A stretch of 42,254 nt of DNA from a virus. Lineage: Duplodnaviria; Caudoviricetes. The stretch lies in IMG/VR virus record IMGVR_UViG_3300023174_000305, positions 1 through 42,254 of that record, one strand, 5' to 3'. The notes beneath the pieces are model-generated. The model was not told where the DNA came from. It did not search any database and saw only the letters and a program-made list of their open reading frames with translations. Positions within the stretch are counted from its first letter, which is position 1, and each line of letters starts with the position of its first letter. The position numbers were made by a program, and so were the translations under genes. Positions 27,667 through 35,909 of this stretch are shown one piece after another.

Positions 27667-27793
27667 TTATCTTACGGTCTATGTATTCATCTAGCTCGGA
27701 CTCGTATAGTAACCCTTCTGCGATGTCCGTTTCCCGGCCTTCAGCTAGTTCCTTGCGAAGCCATTGATATCTCTTGGCGTCTTGGTTATCCAT
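27632..27793 (-). CDS. hypothetical protein (DAKRYQWLR motif)
   Basis: GGAG RBS, ATG27793; DAxRYxWLR...LDxxID is a common phage motif. Confidence 0.7.
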   Translation of the reverse strand: MDNQDAKRYQWLRKELAEGRETDIAEGLLYESELDEYIDRKINAAKEMVQQAS

Positions 27794-27953
27794 GTTCGCT
27801 CCATACCCAGCCGGTAGCAGCCACATCCATAATCTTACGGAAGTGGTCAGCTAAAAGTTTATGATCTACTTGACTGTCAGCACTCAGATTTTGCAGTTGC
27901 GTAATTAAATGCTGTAGATCAACAACAGCTTCTGCAATTTTTATTTCTCTCAT
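27786..27953 (-). CDS. hypothetical protein (55 aa, not in ORF track)
   Basis: GAGG RBS, ATGA overlap; MREIKIAEAVVDLQHLITQLQNL...WVWSEHG*. Confidence 0.65.
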   Translation of the reverse strand: MREIKIAEAVVDLQHLITQLQNLSADSQVDHKLLADHFRKIMDVAATGWVWSEHG

Positions 27954-28228
27954 TTGGTTACCTCAATCAGTTTGTTTAAATACCAAGCTGCCTTCTTGTA
28001 GTCCTCTAAGACATCGCCTTTGTGACCAGCGCGGCTCAGGTACTTGAGACAGTTTAAACGCAGGTAACCGGCAAATTCTGCCGGTGTGCTTTTGGCTTGC
28101 AGGTAATCAATCGCCTCAATCCCTCCTACGGTGTAATGATCTGGGCTATTGACCATTTCATTTTTATCTTTCAACCACTTAAGGTGGCTGGCAGACCATT
28201 GTTGTGGTGTTACATCATCAATGCTCAT
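27950..28228 (-). CDS. DUF3310 / SaV-like protein (T7 gp1.7-related nucleotide kinase family)
   Basis: MVNSPDHY...GIEAIDY...NCLKYLSRAGHKG...EDYKKAAWYL. Confidence 0.85.
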   Translation of the reverse strand: MSIDDVTPQQWSASHLKWLKDKNEMVNSPDHYTVGGIEAIDYLQAKSTPAEFAGYLRLNCLKYLSRAGHKGDVLEDYKKAAWYLNKLIEVTK

Positions 28229-28415
28229 TTTTAATTCCTTCCAATTGTTCATGCTTTTGTAGGGTTCTGATTGCCACTTCAATCGTTAACAACTTTTCTT
28301 GCACTTCTTCTGAGGGCAGGATTTCTGCGTGTAGCGCGATAAATCGTTGAATGTCCTTCATCACTATCGCAACTAACCCCGGCACACTCATAGCGGTGAT
28401 TTCATCTTCATTCAT
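28218..28415 (-). CDS. hypothetical protein
   Basis: GGAGG RBS; overlaps both neighbours. Confidence 0.65.
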   Translation of the reverse strand: MNEDEITAMSVPGLVAIVMKDIQRFIALHAEILPSEEVQEKLLTIEVAIRTLQKHEQLEGIKNEH

Positions 28416-28782
28416 TGACTACCTCCTCTGACAGTCGCTCGGCAACAGTTTTAGTGAACTTGTATTTGTTCCATGCCATGTCCCAAGCATCTGAGAACAC
28501 ATACCAAAGATCGCCGTGTTCACCGTGCATCTTTTGATCCATGACCCATTTGCGCCATGCTTGTGTCTTGGCGTCAGGTGCTTCCCTTCGCCGTTGCCCC
28601 GCTGGTGGACTGGCTGGGTCAAGCTTAGAAAGCTTCTCATAGGTTTCAAACCTAACCTTAACGGTCTTACCTTTAAACACTCGGCTGATAACCGGCTGGG
28701 CAAGACCTGATTCTTTAGCAATTGATGATTGATTCCATCCTGCACGTAGCAGTTCAATCACTAGCTGTTGTGGTGTTTTCAT
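28408..28782 (-). CDS. Cro/CI-type helix-turn-helix protein
   Basis: GWNQSSIAKESGLAQPVISRVFKG HTH pattern. Confidence 0.75.
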   Translation of the reverse strand: MKTPQQLVIELLRAGWNQSSIAKESGLAQPVISRVFKGKTVKVRFETYEKLSKLDPASPPAGQRRREAPDAKTQAWRKWVMDQKMHGEHGDLWYVFSDAWDMAWNKYKFTKTVAERLSEEVVNE

Positions 28783-28943
28783 TTGCTCTCCTCGATTGGT
28801 CCTTTAAACAGAGCAGCCCAAAAATTGTCCAGTATCTTTGCCTTAACTTCTTCGCGCCTGTCCTCGGGTATGTCTTTGACCGACTCATTGAGCGCATCAA
28901 GCACCGATTGAATCATCTGTTGTGGGGTAATGATTGCGCTCAT
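28779..28943 (-). CDS. hypothetical protein (54 aa, not in ORF track)
   Basis: ATGA overlaps at both ends; MSAIITPQQMIQSVLDALNESVKDIPEDRREEVKAKILDNFWAALFKGPIEESK*. Confidence 0.7.
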   Translation of the reverse strand: MSAIITPQQMIQSVLDALNESVKDIPEDRREEVKAKILDNFWAALFKGPIEESK

Positions 28944-29182
28944 ATGTTTTTTCCCTTTAATTTGTTTTCAATCTGGTCAAACAGTTTGCGTGTATATCCT
29001 TTGATTGGTGTATCACCCCACGGCCCTATAATTTCTTTGATCTCGTCATCCGTCAGCCCTACCCACCGCTGTGGCAGGGTTGGTTGCGCCAAGGCCAGCA
29101 TCTCTTGAACTTGAGTAGTAGAGGGCCACCAGTCTGCGTGATACCCGCAAAAGTCTCTGATTGCTTTTTCAATCGGTGTCAA
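28940..29182 (-). CDS. hypothetical protein with WVGLTDDEI module
   Basis: AGGAG RBS, TTG start; shares its C-terminal module with neighbouring genes. Confidence 0.7.
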   Translation of the reverse strand: MTPIEKAIRDFCGYHADWWPSTTQVQEMLALAQPTLPQRWVGLTDDEIKEIIGPWGDTPIKGYTRKLFDQIENKLKGKNI

Positions 29183-29493
29183 GTGTTCTTCTCCTTTAAC
29201 CTAGCCTCAAGCGCGGCTATCATGTCTATTACATATGGGCGATTTGCCATCGAAATTTCTTTTGCTTCTTCTTTAGTCAGCCCGACCCACGGGCGCTGTG
29301 GCGGGACGGTATAGAGCGGTGTAACTGACGAATCATTTGGCGGAACCTCGTACTCAATCTGCTCGCATTCGCCGTCTGAATTCACATACATCCACGCCAC
29401 CGGCTCCTGATTAGGTTGTGGGCAGCAATGACCGCACCGGGGGCAGTCAATCACATAGGGGGTGACTTCGGGGGTCACATCGGGGGTAGTCAT
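29179..29493 (-). CDS. hypothetical protein (CPRC; EPVAW...PLY; WVGLT module)
   Basis: ATG29493 (GGAG RBS, ATGA coupling) preferred over the longer ORF-track start. Confidence 0.7.
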   Translation of the reverse strand: MTTPDVTPEVTPYVIDCPRCGHCCPQPNQEPVAWMYVNSDGECEQIEYEVPPNDSSVTPLYTVPPQRPWVGLTKEEAKEISMANRPYVIDMIAALEARLKEKNT

Positions 29494-29573
29494 AATGGGC
29501 ATCTCCCACAATACGGGCAGTGGACAATAATGGTGCGGATTGGTCTGCCGCATCGTAAACAGGTGTAGGTCAT
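29490..29573 (-). CDS. 27-aa zinc-ribbon microprotein (not in ORF track)
   Basis: MTYTCLRCGRPIRTIIVHCPYCGRCPL*; GGGGAG RBS; ATGA overlaps at both ends. Confidence 0.7.
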   Translation of the reverse strand: MTYTCLRCGRPIRTIIVHCPYCGRCPL

Positions 29574-29896
29574 TTCTCTCCCCTTGCGCGGATAGCGTTA
29601 GCAACACCGCTCGGGCAGGTATCGCAAGTCGGCTCATATGATTCGGCTACGCTGGCGCACCCCTCTCGTTCCCGTTCCGCAGCTTGCCAATCTATTTCTG
29701 TCAGCAGGTCTTCAATCGTGTCGCCATGCCCTGTCGCATAGCTGCGTTCCACCATCCATTGTGCAACCTTTTCCCGCTCATGCGCGGCGACACGCTTGGC
29801 GACTTCTACCCAAGCGTTGTCCATAACCCAGTTTTCCATGCCCCCTTCATGTAATCCCATATCGGTCATCATGTTCATTAATTCTTCGTTAGCCAT
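29570..29896 (-). CDS. hypothetical protein (ERExCA...AIRARG family)
   Basis: YATGHGDTIEDLL and AIRARGEK motifs. Confidence 0.7.
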   Translation of the reverse strand: MANEELMNMMTDMGLHEGGMENWVMDNAWVEVAKRVAAHEREKVAQWMVERSYATGHGDTIEDLLTEIDWQAAEREREGCASVAESYEPTCDTCPSGVANAIRARGEK

Positions 29897-30141
29897 TTCT
29901 CCCCCCTTGCGCGGATAGCAGTAGCACAGTCACATTGATATCGAGGGTCAAGTATTTCTGTTTGCCACTCATTAGCAACCTTGGCGCACTCCTCCCGCTC
30001 ATGCGCGGCAACAATGGCGGCGAAGCGTTCAATGGCGGCGATGCCTACGATACTGTTTGATAGTAATTCCATTGCATTCTGGCCCCCGTCAAAAACGGGA
30101 TCGGCCTCCACCGCCATACGGATAATGTCGTCCTTATTCAT
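29878..30141 (-). CDS. hypothetical protein (ERFA...AHEREECA...AIRARG family)
   Basis: Shares its C-terminal module with the neighbouring gene. Confidence 0.7.
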   Translation of the reverse strand: MNKDDIIRMAVEADPVFDGGQNAMELLSNSIVGIAAIERFAAIVAAHEREECAKVANEWQTEILDPRYQCDCATAIRARGEKWLTKN

Positions 30142-30607
30142 TTCTGTCCCTCAGCTTTTGCTCAATGATGTTGGCAAAATCAATTACATAAGAACCAAAG
30201 ATAAGACCCCATGCATTGCTTAACTGTTTTAGCTCCTCTTCGTTTAAACTTTTCCATTTGCTTTTCTTGGCAAGTGCAATAGGTTTTGGTTCTGCCAGAG
30301 ATTTCATAACTCGCTGGTTTTTGCCTGATGCCCCCTTTCTGCGTTCGCCGGTATCTTCAATAAATCCTTTATCAAGTAACGCCCGATAACGAGCAGTGAT
30401 AGATGAATAGGGATAGCGCGGGAACAAAGATCTAATCTGATCGCTGATGCAACCGTCTGGAAACTTAGCAATTGCGTCGTAAACCATAAACTCTAGACGC
30501 GAAGTGTCAATTGAGTGCGCGGCTTCGTGACTGGTATCGGGGTCTTCTCTTCGTGCCAACGTGATTGGATCGCTACCAAACATGTCGATTGTTATTACGT
30601 CAGTCAT
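30134..30607 (-). CDS. hypothetical protein, probable winged-HTH
   Basis: LARREDPDTSHEAA...SITARYRALLDKGFIEDTGERRKGASGKNQRV; C-terminal WKSLNEEE module. Confidence 0.65.
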   Translation of the reverse strand: MTDVITIDMFGSDPITLARREDPDTSHEAAHSIDTSRLEFMVYDAIAKFPDGCISDQIRSLFPRYPYSSITARYRALLDKGFIEDTGERRKGASGKNQRVMKSLAEPKPIALAKKSKWKSLNEEELKQLSNAWGLIFGSYVIDFANIIEQKLRDRNE

Positions 30608-31131
30608 TCTGGTGATCCTTCAAATACGGCAAAACTAATTTTGGTCTTAGACAACTGCTGAATCTGTTGCAGGGCAGCAGCCATGCGTTCAGCATTTGCT
30701 AAAGCTTTCTCAAAATCTTGGCTAGTTAAGAGGTCAACTGCCACTCTGTACTTAGATTGCATTTGACTGACTTCGTTCTGTACTCGCTCGCTCGCGGCTT
30801 TCATAGAAACCAAGTCGTTCTTAACGTTATTCCTAAACGCATCTACCGTTTCTTTTAGTTTTGTAATTGCGGTATGTGCGCGTTCATTTGATTCTGTTGC
30901 AGCTACATGTACTTGCATTGACCACTTCCATGCTTTGTATGAATAAAGAATTGTTTCTTGTTCTTGGAATACCGAAACTTTCCAGCCAATACCTTCTCTT
31001 GTATCTGATTTGACCATTGCAGTGTCAGTGATATCAATGACTGCATTTATCAAATCCTTTGGAGCTATTTTGTCTATCTTTGAATCAAAGGCATCGTATT
31101 GCCCGTTCCACCACAGTTCACCGGCCCGCAC
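30604..31131 (-). CDS. hypothetical coiled-coil protein
   Basis: 175-aa ORF in the coupled operon. Confidence 0.6.
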   Translation of the reverse strand: MRAGELWWNGQYDAFDSKIDKIAPKDLINAVIDITDTAMVKSDTREGIGWKVSVFQEQETILYSYKAWKWSMQVHVAATESNERAHTAITKLKETVDAFRNNVKNDLVSMKAASERVQNEVSQMQSKYRVAVDLLTSQDFEKALANAERMAAALQQIQQLSKTKISFAVFEGSPE

Positions 31132-31402
31132 TTGCGACTACCTCGCAGGAGTTTGGGGATACCGTCCCGCAAACTAAGGTGCGTTGCTCCTGCACTGTCT
31201 CCGCTTTGTAGCCAGACAATTTAAACGCTATGGGCATGGCGTTCTTGAGAATCCCAAGCGCACTGATACCGTTGTCGTCTGACTTCCGGATAGCAACATC
31301 CATTGCTTCTGCAAGCTCTGAGATGAAGCTATCTGCATCTAGGCAGGTGGTCTGAATGACAAACTCACCGCTACCTTGTGTGTCTGAATAGATCCTAATC
31401 AT
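31118..31402 (-). CDS. hypothetical protein
   Basis: AAGGAG RBS; ATGA coupling. Confidence 0.7.
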   Translation of the reverse strand: MIRIYSDTQGSGEFVIQTTCLDADSFISELAEAMDVAIRKSDDNGISALGILKNAMPIAFKLSGYKAETVQEQRTLVCGTVSPNSCEVVASAGR

Positions 31403-31533
31403 TTTTTCTCCTTAAACCCACTGGGCATTTTTCGTTTAAAGCAAGCATCACATTTCCACCTGAAAGAAGCTCCGTTTACAGTTGCAACTTTGTGAGTTGC
31501 AAAGTTTCTTCGGCACTGCTGACAGGTAGGCAT
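31399..31533 (-). CDS. 44-aa CxxC/CxxC zinc-finger protein (not in ORF track)
   Basis: MPTCQQCRRNFATHKVATVNGASFRWKCDACFKRKMPSGFKEKK*; TGATG and ATGA overlaps. Confidence 0.7.
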   Translation of the reverse strand: MPTCQQCRRNFATHKVATVNGASFRWKCDACFKRKMPSGFKEKK

Positions 31534-31745
31534 CACTTTCTCAGCGGACATTCTTTGCCTTGTTTACAGTCGCCGTTGCAGCATTGTTTAAATCCCATGT
31601 CCCAGCCATCAGACCAAGCCTCATAAACGTAACCCTCTAGCGGGTGATAGCCACCCATAGGCTGGTTCTTGCCATGTTTCTCAGTCCACCATTTTCTCCA
31701 AGCTTCGCCTTTCTTTATTGCTTCAGTGTAATTTGGTTTCGTCAT
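31533..31745 (-). CDS. hypothetical protein with C-terminal CCNGDCKQGKECP motif
   Basis: 70-aa ORF in the coupled operon. Confidence 0.65.
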   Translation of the reverse strand: MTKPNYTEAIKKGEAWRKWWTEKHGKNQPMGGYHPLEGYVYEAWSDGWDMGFKQCCNGDCKQGKECPLRK

Positions 31746-31944
31746 GTTCTTGCTTCATTTTAAAAACGTCTCTAATTGAGTTAGAGACAAATTCAACAAA
31801 CACCTCTGCACCAACGCCACTGCTTATACCAACGTCAGCAAGTATCAATGTAAGGGCAGGAACAAGATCATCAAAAGGTTCTCCTTCAATTACGTCTAAT
31901 ATTTTTTTAGAAATCAAATGCATTGGTTTTACTGGTTGTTCCAT
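31723..31944 (-). CDS. hypothetical protein
   Basis: GAGG RBS; overlaps its neighbours. Confidence 0.65.
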   Translation of the reverse strand: MEQPVKPMHLISKKILDVIEGEPFDDLVPALTLILADVGISSGVGAEVFVEFVSNSIRDVFKMKQEHDETKLH

Positions 31945-32246
31945 TTGAGTATTACCTCTAAAGATTTAACGAATTCATATACGTCCCCTTCTACTACAGA
32001 AATATTGTTAGACACAATGCAATGGTTTATTTCTTCATTGGTTAATGCTTGCCATTCTTTCTTAAAACCAATGCTTTTATTAAAGTGTTTGCACACCCTA
32101 AAGTATGTGCTTAGGCTCATCCCATGTTCGTTGTTCTCGTATCTTGACCAACATGATTTGTTGATCCCGAGTTCTTGGGATAGTTTGCTAAGTGATACAC
32201 CTGTTTGTTTCCGCAATGATCTAAGTTCTTCTCCGAATTCAGACAT
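31929..32246 (-). CDS. XRE-family HTH protein with C-terminal WQALTNEEI module
   Basis: FGEELRSLRKQTGVSLSKLSQELGINKSCWSRYENNEHGMSL; start placed at ATG32246. Confidence 0.8.
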   Translation of the reverse strand: MSEFGEELRSLRKQTGVSLSKLSQELGINKSCWSRYENNEHGMSLSTYFRVCKHFNKSIGFKKEWQALTNEEINHCIVSNNISVVEGDVYEFVKSLEVILKWNNQ

Positions 32247-32415
32247 TTCCGTTATCTCTGTTGATTTTAAATAGCCAATCATTGCGGTACTCAGTTGGTG
32301 GCTTCCATTTCTCGCCCGTCTCCGGGTTGATCACTACAGATTTAAACGTGTTAAGGATGTTGGCTCCGTGAGTCCAGACCTTGCCCCATGGCGTTGTATG
32401 TTCAACTTTTTCCAC
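32239..32415 (-). CDS. hypothetical protein (58 aa, GTG start, not in ORF track)
   Basis: AAGGA RBS; MEKVEHTTPWGKVWTHGANILNTFK...WKPPTEYR...; fills the operon gap. Confidence 0.6.
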   Translation of the reverse strand: MEKVEHTTPWGKVWTHGANILNTFKSVVINPETGEKWKPPTEYRNDWLFKINRDNGNV

Positions 32416-32716
32416 GGCGCATATCCTTTCTTCTTACGGTTTTGTCGAGTGTTGCAAGGATCAAGCGCAAGTCTTGCGGAGACATCACTCTTGACCTGCC
32501 CTGATAGATGTACTCCTCAACCCATCTGCGCTTCCACAGATACTTGGTTTGCAGAAAAGCTTTTGAATTAAGCAACTCATCTGTTGTCGCGGTTATCCCT
32601 GCAAGCGTGACCCATATATGTGGCTTGATGTAATGCGGTATCCAGTAAATGTTGTCTTGCATTGTCCATACAGGCTCAAATGCAAAGTCATTCATAATTA
32701 CGTCATCTGTCTTCAT
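32402..32716 (-). CDS. hypothetical protein
   Basis: AGGTG RBS; 104 aa. Confidence 0.65.
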   Translation of the reverse strand: MKTDDVIMNDFAFEPVWTMQDNIYWIPHYIKPHIWVTLAGITATTDELLNSKAFLQTKYLWKRRWVEEYIYQGRSRVMSPQDLRLILATLDKTVRRKDMRRGKS

Positions 32717-32719
32717 GTT

Positions 32720-32806
32720 TCACCTAGAACGAAATAAAATTATTAATTGAACCAAAATACAAAAGATAAAAAACAAGTACGCAACAGTTGCAATCTTAAG
32801 GAACAT
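32720..32806 (-). CDS. 28-aa single-TM peptide (not in ORF track)
   Basis: AGGAG RBS; MFLKIATVAYLFFIFCILVQLIILFRSR*. Confidence 0.6.
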   Translation of the reverse strand: MFLKIATVAYLFFIFCILVQLIILFRSR

Positions 32807-32996
32807 CGTATCTCCTTTTGTATCTGCGATGTTTGATGGCAGCTATACCTTTTTCTTCTTCCATCATTGCATCTGCCATTTCAAATGAAGACTGGCGTAT
32901 TTGGTTTAATGAAAGAACATCTGGATACCGGGACATCAGTCCGTTCATCGCAAACGCCGCAAGTACCAATCTCCACTCATCCTTTTGTTCCATCAT
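32796..32996 (-). CDS. hypothetical protein (AAFAMNGL...ADAM family)
   Basis: GAGG RBS; common small phage motif. Confidence 0.7.
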   Translation of the reverse strand: MMEQKDEWRLVLAAFAMNGLMSRYPDVLSLNQIRQSSFEMADAMMEEEKGIAAIKHRRYKRRYDVP

Positions 32997-33288
32997 GCCT
33001 CACCAGTTGTTGGATGTTTTCGCATACGAGATCTGCGAATGACTTCCCCGAAGGAAACATCATCTTTGCTCCTTCGATTGACCGAGTGACCTTCTGGGCT
33101 TCGTTTAAACCATCGTTGAAGCCCGTGTTGTAGTCGCTATCGGTGATCCGCATCTTGATCCCTTCACGTGCTAACTGACTAACAGGCATCTTCTCTTTCT
33201 TGGCATATGCGTTGAGGTCTGCCCTGTCTTGATCATTTAGGTAGATCATGACGGGCTTGACCCTAGAATGCGGTTTTGGTTCTTTCAT
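32977..33288 (-). CDS. ribbon-helix-helix (Arc/CopG-like) DNA-binding protein
   Basis: VMIYLNDQDRADLNAYAKKEKMPVSQLAREGI beta-alpha-alpha pattern. Confidence 0.65.
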   Translation of the reverse strand: MKEPKPHSRVKPVMIYLNDQDRADLNAYAKKEKMPVSQLAREGIKMRITDSDYNTGFNDGLNEAQKVTRSIEGAKMMFPSGKSFADLVCENIQQLVRHDGTKG

Positions 33289-33667
33289 ATTGTTCTATGA
33301 TCCTGTCAAATTTGAGTTGTGCTTCTAAGTTGGCGGCTAGTTCGCTACGAGACTTGATGCCACATTCATCATACAAAAACTTACTTGCAGATAGTTCTGT
33401 GGTGTCTTCGATGTCGTAGTGTTCGTAGAGCCAAGTTTGGAAGTTTAAATTTTTGCAGAGGATTCCTGCCTGTTGCACACGATTGACGTAGGTAACAGGG
33501 CGTTCATCTTCTCCAATCCGCACTAGCACACAGGCGTAACGCGCCCCGACAAAATCCCGAAACAGTTCTTCTGGGATGTCGTCGGGGTGGATTCGCACGG
33601 TCAGCACGAATCCAGCGTTGTCCTGCTTGAGTGCAATCTTGATGCATTCAAACTGGAGTCCGTTCAT
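33263..33667 (-). CDS. conserved hypothetical phage protein
   Basis: 134 aa; ATGA coupling; CGIKSRSEL motif. Confidence 0.7.
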   Translation of the reverse strand: MNGLQFECIKIALKQDNAGFVLTVRIHPDDIPEELFRDFVGARYACVLVRIGEDERPVTYVNRVQQAGILCKNLNFQTWLYEHYDIEDTTELSASKFLYDECGIKSRSELAANLEAQLKFDRIIEQYERTKTAF

Positions 33668-34002
33668 TCTCTGAAAATCTTCCCTTCAAGGTATCCAACA
33701 ACAATCAACGCGGCTTTGTGTTTTTTCTCCACCGCTTGGATGTGCAACTCAGCGCCTTTAAACGCAGAGTTTGCAAGATTAAGTTCCTCATTTAAACGAG
33801 TAACTTCCGCTTTCAACTTCTTGACTTCGCTGTTTGCGAGGACCGCTTCCATGTTGATCACAACTTTCTTCACCGGCTTTTTTTTCTTAACGCCGTCACC
33901 GTTCTTTACTCCGGTAGGGCGACCACGACCACGTTTAAATGAAACCACAGAGGTGGGTTCTCCGGTGATTTGCACGGCGGGGGTATCAGAAAGGGATGTC
34001 AT
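33664..34002 (-). CDS. AT-hook / coiled-coil protein
   Basis: KRGRGRP, a Lys-rich stretch, then a heptad helix. Confidence 0.6.
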   Translation of the reverse strand: MTSLSDTPAVQITGEPTSVVSFKRGRGRPTGVKNGDGVKKKKPVKKVVINMEAVLANSEVKKLKAEVTRLNEELNLANSAFKGAELHIQAVEKKHKAALIVVGYLEGKIFRE

Positions 34003-34258
34003 CGTCTTCTTCCTTTTTAGGTTGTGGCCGAGTGGCCGTTGGTTTCCACTGGTCTACCTTCAAAGACAGATAGGTATTGCCAGAGGTTTTGGATTTCGAT
34101 TTCCAGCCAGCAATCTTGATCGTTGCGTAGCCGTCTTCAATCTCCAATCCGTCCATAGCGAGCTTGATCTCGCCACGGTAATCGGGAGCTTCTGCATGTG
34201 CCTTTGTCGGCACGTTAAACAGATTCCCGCTATTTGGTTTAAGGACAAACTTATCCAT
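33986..34258 (-). CDS. single-stranded DNA-binding-like protein
   Basis: NSGNLF...PDYRG...IAGW...YLSL core and acidic DDDIPF tail; next to erf; GAGG RBS before ATG34258. Confidence 0.7.
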   Translation of the reverse strand: MDKFVLKPNSGNLFNVPTKAHAEAPDYRGEIKLAMDGLEIEDGYATIKIAGWKSKSKTSGNTYLSLKVDQWKPTATRPQPKKEEDDDIPF

Positions 34259-34880
34259 TCTTTTCCTCAAAGTTTTTGCGAAGCATTGCGAAGTGTTCGG
34301 TTAGTTTTGTGTATAGCTCTTTGTGGTTCTCCTTCATTTCATCAATTGCGACTTGGTTGCCTTTCCAGAGCTTGGTGAGTTCTGGAATGCTGGTAGCCAC
34401 GTTCGCCCACTCAAACATCATGTTCACGAGCATCGGGTAGTCTTGTTTAAACTCTTCCTCCTTCTTCTTAACTTCGATCTTCTTGACTTCCGGTTTGGGG
34501 TCAGGCTTATCTGTGTCCCGGTCAACCGTGTCGTGCTCGACGATCTCCATTGCCATTAGCCAGAGGTAGCGCCGAAGGTAGGTATGGGTTGAACCAAGAT
34601 CTTGGATTGCTTGACCCTTTGCGCTTTGAACGGCAACCATAGGGCTTGCAAATGCAATTGATCCTGCCCCTTCGGTGTCATGGATGGTTAACGTGACGTT
34701 CGGTCCCTCGAAAGAAAACACGCCACACAATCCCACTTCGTCGAAGATCTTATGAATGTGCGGGATGAAGTCGCCAAGTTCAAAGTAGTGGTACTTGGCA
34801 AACTTGTTCTCGCCGCTCTTCTTCATGGGCGATTCCAAAAGCTTTAAACGAGCCTTTGTTAGTTTTGCGTATACGGTCAT
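34251..34880 (-). CDS. erf: ERF-family single-strand annealing recombinase
   Basis: N-terminal KKSGENKFAKYHYFEL and the ERF motif GSTHTYLRRYLWLMAMEI. Confidence 0.8.
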   Translation of the reverse strand: MTVYAKLTKARLKLLESPMKKSGENKFAKYHYFELGDFIPHIHKIFDEVGLCGVFSFEGPNVTLTIHDTEGAGSIAFASPMVAVQSAKGQAIQDLGSTHTYLRRYLWLMAMEIVEHDTVDRDTDKPDPKPEVKKIEVKKKEEEFKQDYPMLVNMMFEWANVATSIPELTKLWKGNQVAIDEMKENHKELYTKLTEHFAMLRKNFEEKNG

Positions 34881-35047
34881 GGGGACTCCAAGTATTTGCG
34901 CGTCAGGGCTTGAGCCATTGCCAACGTAATATCAGCAATGTGGTCTGCAACGTCTGGTTCGTCTTCGATAAAGTCAATGTCTTCAGACTTGATGTTTGAA
35001 GCAATTGCCAACATAAAATCAAGAATAAGTTCGTCACGAGTCTTCAT
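34877..35047 (-). CDS. hypothetical protein
   Basis: MKTRDELILDFMLAIASN...; coupled to erf. Confidence 0.65.
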   Translation of the reverse strand: MKTRDELILDFMLAIASNIKSEDIDFIEDEPDVADHIADITLAMAQALTRKYLESP

Positions 35048-35909
35048 TTTGTTCCCGTTTAAATTGTGAGCACCACTGCGCGACACCGCAGAAGTTCCCG
35101 GTACATCTAACTGCCTCTCCTTTACGGATCTGTATGTAATGTTTGGGGTCTGTGCTTTTCAGTTCATCTGCTTCCTCCTGTGTGTCAAATAGTCTGACTG
35201 CCGTCTTTCGGCCTTCCTTCATCACGGCGTACTTGGTTTCCCGAATCCACCGTTCGTCCTCATCGCATTCAGGTAGCTCGTCGCCCCAGTCAGCCGAAAC
35301 CTTGGCATGCCGGTGAGCATCCAACCGCATCTGTATAAACTTCTCGGTGAAGTTCATCTTCCAAAGTGGTATCTGCACCATCTGTATAGGGGCTTGCGGG
35401 TAATCGGGTTTCACTGCCGCTTCCCGGCGCGACCAATCTCTTATGAGCGCACAAATGCTTAGACTTCTAACCTTTAAACCTTTGACCTTCTCAACCAAAT
35501 ACGCATACACATTCTGTTGTTGCTCCCAATCAGGTTTATCTGCCCTCAATGCCCATGCACTTGTAAATTTGTAGTCGGTGATGTCCACAAAGTCGCCCTC
35601 AATTTTTTGAAGGTCAATGGCTCCGCTCAGGACTACCCCGTCAATGTTTAAATACAAACGCTCTTCGTTGATGTGATCGTTGACCTCGGACCTTTCAGCA
35701 ACCACATGCAGGGCAGATCCCATGAGGGACCAGAGCATGTCGGCGGCATCGGTTTCAATCTCATCAAAATGCTTCTCACGCAGCCTCTGAATGCGCGGAG
35801 GAGACAGAATTTCAGTCACACTATAGTTAGCCTTACCCTTCGTGTAGAAGTCCCTCTCAGCGAGCGCCATGAGGGTTGCCGGTATGTTGTGCTTGTTAGT
35901 GATCTTCAT
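35034..35909 (-). CDS. PD-(D/E)XK exonuclease (Cas4/RecB-like), likely ERF partner
   Basis: GSALH...EERL...GAIDL...DYKFT...QQNVYAYL; C-terminal CxxxxCxVxxWC cluster. Confidence 0.8.
   Translation of the reverse strand: MKITNKHNIPATLMALAERDFYTKGKANYSVTEILSPPRIQRLREKHFDEIETDAADMLWSLMGSALHVVAERSEVNDHINEERLYLNIDGVVLSGAIDLQKIEGDFVDITDYKFTSAWALRADKPDWEQQQNVYAYLVEKVKGLKVRSLSICALIRDWSRREAAVKPDYPQAPIQMVQIPLWKMNFTEKFIQMRLDAHRHAKVSADWGDELPECDEDERWIRETKYAVMKEGRKTAVRLFDTQEEADELKSTDPKHYIQIRKGEAVRCTGNFCGVAQWCSQFKREQNEDS

Noticed and set aside
33587-34378. 263-aa plus-strand ORF
   Set aside because: It is the antisense shadow of several coupled minus-strand genes with recognisable motifs.
35034-35909. Cas4-like nuclease as evidence of a CRISPR system
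   Set aside because: It sits with ERF and SSB-like genes, the usual context of a phage recombination exonuclease.
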